Below, piece after piece: positions 47,354 to 54,887 of a DNA stretch of 64,000 nucleotides (position 1 is its first letter; the number at the start of each line of letters is the position of its first letter). Source of the stretch: Acidimicrobiia bacterium. GTDB lineage: Bacteria > Actinomycetota > Acidimicrobiia > Spongiisociales > UBA11373. The notes under the pieces are model-generated. The model saw only the letters and a program-made list of their open reading frames with translations, had not been told where the DNA came from and made no database searches. The stretch is taken from contig JAZGDZ010000040.1 of the NCBI GenBank assembly GCA_036478235.1, positions 80,670 through 144,669 of the forward strand, read 5' to 3'. Position numbers and translations under genes: made by a program.

Positions 47354-48034
47354 TTACGGAGTCACCGAGTACGTTTCGCACCGGTCCAGACACCGGTGCA
47401 GCCAACTCGCAAGTCCAAGGAGCTCGAGTACCGCCGCCTCTTCCTGATCCGGCTCCCAGTCGTCGTCGTGTGAACGTGGGTTGCGGATACCGTGAATCGC
47501 GCCCTGCATCAGGAACCGCAGCCCTTCGTGCTCGTCCTTCTCCGACGTCGTGGTCAGGTCGGTCATTTGGAGCTGCTGATCGGGGGGATCTCTGAATGCC
47601 GAGCCCATCAGACCCTTGCCGTCCGCGGTGCTGTGGGTCAGCCTCTTCACCCTGTTGTTCACGCTCTGGAACGCCTTCCTAACGGCTTCCGTCCGAAGGC
47701 CACTCGTGAACGCCAGGCGGCTACTGCGCACGACCCGGTCGTGGAGGTCGCGAGCGGCAAACTTCTGCGCAGGTGTAACCGGAAGGGAAGTTGTGGAGGT
47801 CGTTGCACCCGTTATCGCACTCGGTGGCGGAGCACCAGCCTCGGAAGATCCGGCGGCGATTGCTCGGACCAGCGAGCCAACCTCGATGAGAGTCGCGTCG
47901 TCCACGCCATACCGCTCGAGGGGAATGCCGTGCTGATTCGCGAGCACATAGAGCGCATGGCGCCGCGACATCAGATGATGATCATTGATCAGTCGCGTGA
48001 CACGGTTCGTCAGATTCTGAGCGCTCCAACTCAT
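47354..48034 (-). CDS. TIGR02391 / Ymh-family (Abi_C-like) protein
   Basis: The C-terminal 'LRTEAVRKAFQSVNNRVKRL...GLMGSAF...GLRFLMQGAIHGIRNPRSHDD' fits the Ymh pattern (RNPxxH). Start set at ATG 48034 to avoid overlapping the upstream gene (48097 also possible). Confidence 0.6.
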   Translation of the reverse strand: MSWSAQNLTNRVTRLINDHHLMSRRHALYVLANQHGIPLERYGVDDATLIEVGSLVRAIAAGSSEAGAPPPSAITGATTSTTSLPVTPAQKFAARDLHDRVVRSSRLAFTSGLRTEAVRKAFQSVNNRVKRLTHSTADGKGLMGSAFRDPPDQQLQMTDLTTTSEKDEHEGLRFLMQGAIHGIRNPRSHDDDWEPDQEEAAVLELLGLASWLHRCLDRCETYSVTP

Positions 48035-48068
48035 CTTTCGCTTGAGGGCGGCCCGGACAGCGGTGTCG

Positions 48069-48299
48069 TCAGCCACCTCTGGCCTTCTTTGCCGCATTGA
48101 CCGCGTTGCGAACGGAGGAGGGCGGCGCGTTGAGTATCTGAGAAATCCGAGGATTCTCGAACCCGGCCTCCGACATCTCGACCGCAAGCTGTGCCTGTGT
48201 CTCGACGTCTCGAGCCAGCGCTATAGCGAGCAGCCTGGTGGTGTCAAGCTGTAGCTCGATGAGTCTCTCCAGCTGTTCTTCCATTCTCTTCTCGGTCAT
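48069..48299 (-). CDS. small HTH protein, paralog 3 of 3
   Basis: 76 aa with '...LLAIALARDVETQAQLAVEMSEAGFENPRISQILNAPPSSVRNAVNAAKKA'. Same layout as the two upstream genes. Confidence 0.5.
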   Translation of the reverse strand: MTEKRMEEQLERLIELQLDTTRLLAIALARDVETQAQLAVEMSEAGFENPRISQILNAPPSSVRNAVNAAKKARGG

Positions 48300-48307
48300 C
48301 TGTATGC

Positions 48308-48502
48308 CTATCCCTTCTTCGCCCTCGCCAAGGTCACGTTCACCGTGTTCGGGGTCGTGCCCAGAAGCGTTGCGATCCTCGACCGCGAGATACCCGCTCG
48401 CCTTAGCTCCCGTATGGCATCCGCCTGCGTCGGAACCTGCAATCGAACGAGCACCGCCAGCAGCCGCGCGATGTCATCCCCGTACTGGTCATTGTTGGTC
48501 AT
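48308..48502 (-). CDS. small HTH protein, paralog 2 of 3
   Basis: 64 aa with 'IARLLAVLVRLQVPTQADAIRELRRAGISRSRIATLLGTTPNTVNVTLARAKKG'. Confidence 0.5.
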   Translation of the reverse strand: MTNNDQYGDDIARLLAVLVRLQVPTQADAIRELRRAGISRSRIATLLGTTPNTVNVTLARAKKG

Positions 48503-48505
48503 TAC

Positions 48506-48733
48506 TCATCCCTTCGCGATCATCTGCGACACCGCCTGGACGGATTTCCCGAGGATCGCCCCAATCTCCGCTTGCGTCAGCCCAGCGTCAGAGAGCAACT
48601 TGTCGATCGAGCGAGGACGCGGCCGCGCAAGCTCCGCATCCTCGATCAGAACTCGGTGCGTTTGGAGCGCCACAAGCGCGGACAGCTTGGCGTCCATCGA
48701 CTTGAGCAGCGCCCCGGTCTCTTCGTTCATCAC
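48506..48733 (-). CDS. small HTH protein, paralog 1 of 3
   Basis: 75 aa with 'LSALVALQTHRVL...SIDKLLSDAGLTQAEIGAILGKSVQAVSQMIAKG'. Confidence 0.5.
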   Translation of the reverse strand: MMNEETGALLKSMDAKLSALVALQTHRVLIEDAELARPRPRSIDKLLSDAGLTQAEIGAILGKSVQAVSQMIAKG

Positions 48734-49264
48734 TTGAACTCCCTAGGTTGAATTGATGAAGCGGCGCATCTTAGCTCCAGAATCCCACAATCACAAGGCC
48801 AGTGCGCTTATCTGTTCACTGGCCGCAGGCGTGATTCAAGGTGTGCCGATCGCCTGGTCGGTCTGATGTCACTAAAACACCAGCTCACAGCGCTATCAAG
48901 GACATGAGCGCGGTTTAACAGCGGCAGGCGCTTTCAGAGCAGAAAGGCCAAGCTTTAGCGAACGCATGTACCCTCCACTACATCCGGCCCGTTCAGCGAG
49001 GCCCGAACCCGCTGACCCAGACCGAAGGAGCACCCCTTGTGATCGTAGGAGGGCCCCCGTGCACCAGACACGGGGGCCTCAGGTCTTGCGTCGTTCAGGA
49101 ATCAGGACTGTTCATCGTTCCCACCTGTGAGAGCCCCATGATTCGTGCGACCTCAACGGCGGAGGACCGCTGGTGCTTCACCGAGGAAGGTGGGTGGGAC
49201 CCATGCTGATGGGTAGGGTCGCGGCATGGGTGAACTCCGTTACCCAACTCACCGGGAGTGAATT

Positions 49265-50020
49265 GTGGCGGCGTTGTGGTACGTCAAATCGACGGTGCTC
49301 TTGTTGTGGCTCGCCGTTCGCCCTTTGGGAAAGGTGCTGCCTTCGCTTGCGGAGATCCCCTTGACCGCGGCCATCTATTTCGGGTTGTGGCGGAATACTT
49401 TCTCGGGGTCGACCCCAACGGTGGAGTGGCAGCGCGACCTGTTCGATTGGATGCACGACCACCGTTGGGAGGTTGTGCTGGGAACTGCTGTGGTCCTCAT
49501 TCTTATCGTCGCGCTTCGTAAGGAGTTCAAATTCAATCCGCCTTTCGGCGTTGCCCTGAAAGTACTTTCCCCCGAAGTGACTTCGAGACTCTATGGCTCG
49601 CGAGTCATGGTGCGAATCGAGGTCACAACGCGGAGAAGCGGCAGATTCCGCGCCTATCTCGCCGACACGGATGGCGGACGGGCCTCAACGTCGCGGATTC
49701 CCTTGGAGTGGACGAATGAGGACGCTCCCGAAATTGACCTGATTCCGCATCAGCCCCAACAGATAACGGTGGGGCGATTGGACTACTGGACAAAGGATGA
49801 TGAGTTGAGCGAATTCCAATTGGTTCCCAGAAGTCCCGGCCTGGACCGCCACCCCATTATCGCGGTAGACGGTGTTGATCCCTTCAACGTTCGGGTCGAT
49901 GTGGTGGACGTCAAGACATTCCAGTCGGGCACCGTGTGCACCCGTGTGTGGGTCGAAACTCTCGGTGACCGCCATTTCGTCCCCCGCTCGGAGGAGATTC
50001 CCGAGTTTGCTGGTTCTTGA
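49265..50020 (+). CDS. membrane protein (3 N-terminal TM segments plus a beta-rich C-domain), unknown function
   Basis: 251 aa from a GTG start. 'STVLLLWLAV', 'PLTAAIYFGLW' and 'VVLGTAVVLILIVAL', then a soluble domain. No family recognised. Confidence 0.5.
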   Translation: MAALWYVKSTVLLLWLAVRPLGKVLPSLAEIPLTAAIYFGLWRNTFSGSTPTVEWQRDLFDWMHDHRWEVVLGTAVVLILIVALRKEFKFNPPFGVALKVLSPEVTSRLYGSRVMVRIEVTTRRSGRFRAYLADTDGGRASTSRIPLEWTNEDAPEIDLIPHQPQQITVGRLDYWTKDDELSEFQLVPRSPGLDRHPIIAVDGVDPFNVRVDVVDVKTFQSGTVCTRVWVETLGDRHFVPRSEEIPEFAGS

Positions 50021-50275
50021 TGAGTTCCTGGTAAGTGTCAGGGTCCGACACCGGCCCGTTCGGGGCCCTGTTCGACCGGTTCGATCCCGATATGCGGCCC
50101 TCAGGATGACCCGAGACAGGTTTGCGACCTCATCCCGTATGGATTCGACCCGGGAATAGCCCTAGTGAGACAGGAGGGCCCCCGGCACACTACGACGAAC
50201 ACCGGGAGCCTCCTGCATCGGGACGGGATCCCGTGGGGTCGACACGAACCTCACGAGGACCCATGCAAGATCTTC

Positions 50276-50692
50276 CTACGGCTCGACCAAGGGCCCTCCT
50301 TCGGTGAGCGAACTGACGTCGTCCGGAACGAGCACATCGAGGTCGTCGATTGCCTTCTCGACCGTCAGGGTCGATCCGACGTCGGCCAGTGCCAGCGCGG
50401 CGACGCACCGCCAGAAGTGCCTCACGGCGGGCGGCGAGTCGTTGTCGAAGGACTGCCCGGTGTCCAGGTTTCCTATCTCGCCCTCGAAGGAAAGCAGCTC
50501 GGCGAGGTCCACGACGTCGGGGGCGCTGCGCAGCTTGACGGCCGTGCCCGGCGTCGAGAGGGCCAAGAGCAGCGACTCGGCGACGTCGAGGAGCTGTGCG
50601 TCGCACTGGAAGGATGCCAGGTCGCGCCAGGCCACCATGATGTGACCCAGGCCCAGCCGTTCCTCGTCGGTGAGGGTGACCGTGTGGTTCAT
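50276..50692 (-). CDS. hypothetical protein (island operon gene 4)
   Basis: 138 aa, acidic with protein-like composition. ATGA overlap with the 42-codon ORF upstream. Confidence 0.5.
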   Translation of the reverse strand: MNHTVTLTDEERLGLGHIMVAWRDLASFQCDAQLLDVAESLLLALSTPGTAVKLRSAPDVVDLAELLSFEGEIGNLDTGQSFDNDSPPAVRHFWRCVAALALADVGSTLTVEKAIDDLDVLVPDDVSSLTEGGPLVEP

Positions 50693-50817
50693 TTGGTGCT
50701 TACCTCACCCTCGCTCAGTGTGATCGTGGTCTCCGACTCGGCCGGACGTTCCTGCTCGGCCTCCTCTAGGTATTCCTCGAACAGCGTCAGCAGCTTCCTG
50801 ATGAACGCCGTGAACAT
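50689..50817 (-). CDS. possible 42-aa protein (island operon gene 3)
   Basis: 'MFTAFIRKLLTLFEEYLEEAEQERPAESETTITLSEGEVSTK', a helical acidic peptide. ATG 50817. Stop overlaps the next start. Confidence 0.3.
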   Translation of the reverse strand: MFTAFIRKLLTLFEEYLEEAEQERPAESETTITLSEGEVSTK

Positions 50818-50837
50818 GCGCCGTTCGTCTGCGGCGG

Positions 50838-51122
50838 TCACGTGTCTACGTGGGGGGTCAGGAGGTACACCCGATCGTCCAGCACGTCGTTGATGATCGT
50901 CAGCTCCCCGGCGTTGACGTGCGCCTCGATCTTGGCCTCGATGATGCGCTCCGTGGCGCCGCACCCGTCGGCCATGAGATCGGGGATTCGCTTCTCCCCG
51001 CCCCACTGGTTCCGGATGATCAGCTCTTTGGGACGTCCTCGCTCGTCACGAGGTACGACCCAGTCGCCGGTCACCACCGTCGTCTTACTGTCGTTCATTC
51101 CTGTTCCTCCTTCAGTCGTCAC
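50838..51122 (-). CDS. hypothetical protein (island operon gene 2)
   Basis: 94 aa with '...GDWVVPRDERGRPKELIIRNQWGGEKRIPDLMADGCGATERIIEAKIEAHV...'. 4-nt overlap with gene 1. Confidence 0.5.
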   Translation of the reverse strand: MTTEGGTGMNDSKTTVVTGDWVVPRDERGRPKELIIRNQWGGEKRIPDLMADGCGATERIIEAKIEAHVNAGELTIINDVLDDRVYLLTPHVDT

Positions 51123-51763
51123 AGGCCTCGACCGCCGCTAGTCACCAACGCCTCATATCCGCCGGCCTTCTCAATGACCTCAGCGGCGTAGGCCATGAAG
51201 GTCCCGGGATCGACGTCGTCGTAGAAGCCTTCCATTCGGCCGTCTTCCCACGAGTCCTTCATGGCGCTTTGCCAAGTGCCTAGGTCCTCGAAGGCCTGTC
51301 CCTTCGCCAGGGACTTCACGTCGAGGTCGACGTAGACCCGCAGCTCAGATCGGACCACCTCGTGCCACTCCGGTTCCTCGTAGAGGTGGGGCTTGCAGTG
51401 ACCCACGTCGGGATCGACCAGCCGCCTGCACGAGCCACCGGCCCGTGTCTTACTGCCACAGAGAACGCGTTCCTTCTTGGCGGTGTCGTACTGTGAGGAC
51501 CGGTCTTCGGCTCTGACCTCGACGGCGACGACCTTCGTCAGGTCGTAGTCGGAGGTCGGCAACCCGTCGGCGCGCGTCATCTCGATCTTGGTGAAGCGAC
51601 CGTCGTCGTCCCGCTCGATGCTGTGCGACGTGACGATCGGGTCGTCGTAGTTCGTGTTGTCGTAGCGGACCCACAGGCAGTACCGCTCGGGCAGTGCGTC
51701 GTCGCCGAGGTCGGGCGTGACGTTGACCGTCTCGATGATGTCGGTGTCGGTGTCTGTGTTCAT
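51119..51763 (-). CDS. hypothetical protein with Cys/His knuckle (island operon gene 1)
   Basis: ATG 51763 after 'GAAAGGAAC'. 214 aa. 'CGSKTRAGGSCRRLVDPDVGHCKPH' looks like a zinc-binding motif. No family recognised. Confidence 0.55.
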   Translation of the reverse strand: MNTDTDTDIIETVNVTPDLGDDALPERYCLWVRYDNTNYDDPIVTSHSIERDDDGRFTKIEMTRADGLPTSDYDLTKVVAVEVRAEDRSSQYDTAKKERVLCGSKTRAGGSCRRLVDPDVGHCKPHLYEEPEWHEVVRSELRVYVDLDVKSLAKGQAFEDLGTWQSAMKDSWEDGRMEGFYDDVDPGTFMAYAAEVIEKAGGYEALVTSGGRGL

Positions 51764-52456
51764 GGTGTGTTCCTTTCTGATGTTGTCGTTCCGACTCCCG
51801 GGTTCCCCCAGCACATCTGGGACTGAACACGGACCCTGTGGGCGAACCCACGACCGGGGTCACCCGGTGGTCGGAATCCTCTGGTCGAAATTGTTTCAGG
51901 CCGTCTTGGGATAGTCGACGACTTTCTTGGGAAAACGAGCGGGACCCTGAGCGGACCTCTGTCGAGGTCCTAGTCCTCGACGGTTGGTTACCCGTGATCG
52001 GGTCGAAACCTCGTCTCGGGGCGGGCTGTCGACCGCTCGCCCGCCGTTTCCGCCCGCCGGGTAGACCGGTTCGGTCCCGCCTACGGCGGCAAACGGTCGT
52101 TCACGTGTCGGGCTCCGAATCCGCTCGTCTGGACTCATGTGCACCCAGGCAGGCAGGAGAAGGAGTTCACCCTCTGCCCAGGGCCGGAGCCCGACGCGTG
52201 ATCTGATCCGACCGCCGGATCCCAGAAGGAGGAGCGCGCGTGATGTGCTCCGACGGTCGGAAACCTGTGACCGACGCCGGTCCCGGAGGACGGGGACTCG
52301 TGTCTGCTACTCCTCCCGGGAGAGAGGAGCGACCTGCTGACGAAGCGAGTCGCTAGGAGGAAGCAGAACCGCAAAGTGCATGACCACCTCCTACGCCGCC
52401 GTCCGGTATTGACCCGGCGTCGGTGAATCTAGATTGTCAGTGTGCCTGTGGCTGGC

Positions 52457-53632
52457 CTACGAGGCCGCCATCTGCAACGTCTTGTATGAATCGTCGCCCG
52501 CACCTATGGGCCTCGCGTCCATACGCGAAAACGCAATCAGCGCCGTCTGGTTCAGTTCGGCATATCGTTCCTGAAGGCGTCTGACCGTGAACCCCTCGAC
52601 GTCACGGATGGCGTAGTTCTGCAAATCCCCGAACAAGATCGGAAGATTCGACGCTGCCACGGGAGCCATTTCGGCATCTACGAAAAGCGGATAGCCGAGC
52701 AGCGATTTGGGTCGCCGCTGACCGGCCACGCCCTCGTCGGTACCGAACAGCAGGGGCCTCTCGTCGAGGTCCTTCACCAGTCGGAGCTGCTTGACCGCGT
52801 CGGGTGAGACCACCCACACCGCGTCGTCCAGGAAGGCATCATCGAGCGAGGCCTCCATGCCCACCAGGTCGTCGTAAATGAACGACGTCGTCTGGCCGGT
52901 CGTGGTGGTGACTCCGACCGTTGCGTTGGTGATGATCCCCTCCGGCTGCGCCGACCCGGTCCCCGTGATCAGGAAGGGCGCCTGAACCCTGCCGATGCGT
53001 TCGCCCAACCTTGCGGCGAGCCAGGTGTCCAGCGAAACCCCGGTGTCCTGGAGCAGCTGGTTGGAGACACGGATCATCTTGGATGACCACGTGAACGCCT
53101 TCAGGACCGTCTGCCCGAAGGCGACGTCCTGCTCGGCCGCGGCGGTGTTCTCCGCCAGCAGCTCGCCCGTATTTCCAACGTCCGAACTGTTCGGGTAGGG
53201 GAGGTCGTTGCCGGTCGCCGTCGGGATGAACTCGATGCCCGATGCCCGGCGCAGCCCGCCGAACTTCTTCTGGGCCGTCTTGATCTTCGCGACGAACCCC
53301 TCCGGGACGGTGAACCCGCCCTCGCTACCGACGCCCACTCCCTGGGCGCGGGATTCGTTCTGGACCCACCGATCCTCGAGCAGGGCACGGTGATCCGACG
53401 GCATGCGCTCCATGCCGAACCGGACGTAGGTCTCGAATGCCTTCTCGTACTCCACGTCGTCGGCGCTCAACGTCTCGGGCTGCGAGTGCGGCTCGATCTT
53501 GAGCGGGTCGAGCTGGCGGCTGGCTAGCTCCTTGTTGACCAGACCCTCGATGTCCTTGGCTGCGGCGATGATGTTGTCCGCGGACATGCCGGTCAGGTCG
53601 AAGTCCTTTGTCTTCCTCATTCGATTCGTCAT
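52457..53632 (-). CDS. phage major capsid protein, HK97 fold/family
   Basis: 391 aa. Follows the HK97-family (TIGR01554-like) pattern: 'EGGFTVPEGFVAKI', 'AFTWSSKMIRVSNQLLQDTGV', 'PFLITGTGSAQPEGII', 'YDDLVGMEASLDDAFLDDAVWVVSPDAVKQLRLVKD', 'LLGYPLFVDAEM', 'ILFGDLQNYAIRD'. Confidence 0.9.
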   Translation of the reverse strand: MTNRMRKTKDFDLTGMSADNIIAAAKDIEGLVNKELASRQLDPLKIEPHSQPETLSADDVEYEKAFETYVRFGMERMPSDHRALLEDRWVQNESRAQGVGVGSEGGFTVPEGFVAKIKTAQKKFGGLRRASGIEFIPTATGNDLPYPNSSDVGNTGELLAENTAAAEQDVAFGQTVLKAFTWSSKMIRVSNQLLQDTGVSLDTWLAARLGERIGRVQAPFLITGTGSAQPEGIITNATVGVTTTTGQTTSFIYDDLVGMEASLDDAFLDDAVWVVSPDAVKQLRLVKDLDERPLLFGTDEGVAGQRRPKSLLGYPLFVDAEMAPVAASNLPILFGDLQNYAIRDVEGFTVRRLQERYAELNQTALIAFSRMDARPIGAGDDSYKTLQMAAS

Positions 53633-53707
53633 GTCGTAATCCTCTGTGGTGTGTAGGCGCGCGTGGTGATGACACGGCCTAGTGCTTGTGTCGGGTGGGG
53701 AGGAGGA

Positions 53708-53890
53708 GGGTGCGTTCTACGCGGCCCCGATATTCCCGAGGTTCCCGGCTTGGTTCGCTAGCGGGTGCAGGCTGTGCGGCCCGCCGCGTTGTCTCGACGG
53801 TGGAGGGAGGGTGACCCCCTCCTCGTTTCCTGGTCAGGTGCAGATCGTGCGGCCCGACCACGGGATCGGTGGGTGCGGGCTACGCGGCCC
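53708..53890 (+). repeat. four iteron-like 20-bp direct repeats upstream of the capsid gene
   Basis: 53708 'gggtgcgttctacgcggccc', 53763 'gggtgcaggctgtgcggccc', 53836 'aggtgcagatcgtgcggccc', 53871 'gggtgcgggctacgcggccc'. Shared core is GGTGC-N7-GCGGCCC. Confidence 0.75.
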
Positions 53891-54248
53891 ATCCGAGTCC
53901 AGTCGAACAATACCAGGCGAAAGCGGCCCCAAAACCCGGTCGGCGGTTGCGGCCGGTCGGGTGCCGGTTGCGTCACGTTGGGCGGCGGTCTGGCCCGGTC
54001 TCGTGAGGATCCAGGGCGGAAAATCGCGGAAAATCTCAGCTCCCAGTTTCGGGTGAATCGAATCGGCCAGGGGGAGGTCGATCGGAGGGGCCAGCAAAAT
54101 CGGGGTGCAAAGTCGGAAACAGACTGGAAACATCATCGAGAAACTGCCATCACTGCGTAGGTATTCGAGGAGCCACCAGATGGGGAACTTTCGTCGCAGG
54201 CCCGATCGGCTCCCGGTCGGCCGCCCCGGTCCCCAGTAGCGTGTCGAC

Positions 54249-54584
54249 GTGGATGCAACCGAGTTTGCCATCAGGTGGGTTGGGTTGTTGGTCGGTGCGC
54301 CCCTTGGGTTGCTGTTCATGTGGATGTTGCTCTCGCTCCCCTGGACGGAGAACCAGCGGTTCCCTGTCTGGTCTTTCAGGAAACTGCGGACCGCGATCAA
54401 AGAGAACCGTCGACGTGACTCCTTTTCCGCGTTCGGGAGACTGCTCGTCGATCTGATCGTCCTGCTCCTGACCGTCCTATGGACCCTTCTGTTGGTATTT
54501 GCTGTCGTCGCGTTTGTGTGGTTCATAGTGAACCAAGTGATCGTCACCCACGGCTTCACTAGACAAGCGCCACGCGGCTTCTAG
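54249..54584 (+). CDS. small membrane protein (2-3 TM)
   Basis: 111 aa. 'WVGLLVGAPLGLLFMWMLLSL' and 'LLVDLIVLLLTVLWTLLLVFAVVAFVWFIV' are strongly hydrophobic. Preferred over the overlapping 241-aa antisense ORF. Confidence 0.5.
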   Translation: MDATEFAIRWVGLLVGAPLGLLFMWMLLSLPWTENQRFPVWSFRKLRTAIKENRRRDSFSAFGRLLVDLIVLLLTVLWTLLLVFAVVAFVWFIVNQVIVTHGFTRQAPRGF

Positions 54585-54887
54585 GGCCGTTGAGTCTGAC
54601 CTCCCCTCCCCGATCTTCGACGTCCCGTTCCGTCCGGTCCGGCCTCCCCTGGTTTCCGGCCCGCCCTGTCTCCTTCCTGACCTCCAGAGGGCGCGCCCCT
54701 GTTTCGCACCGAGCGGAAACTGCGGGCGGCGCCCGTATAGGCTCTATCTCTCTATCTCTCTATACCAGTATGTGTGTCACACATCTAGACCTTGCGGCGA
54801 GGGTTCACCCCAGATACCCCAGATACACGTCAAAGTATCTGGGGTAGGTTTACCCCTGTCGTGTCGAGCCGACCAGCCGTGGATTAC

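Noticed and set aside
53834-54559. 241-aa minus-strand ORF in the island
   Set aside because: It is Arg/Ser/Thr/Pro-rich and covers the iteron region. It overlaps the much more protein-like membrane ORF on the plus strand (54249-54584).
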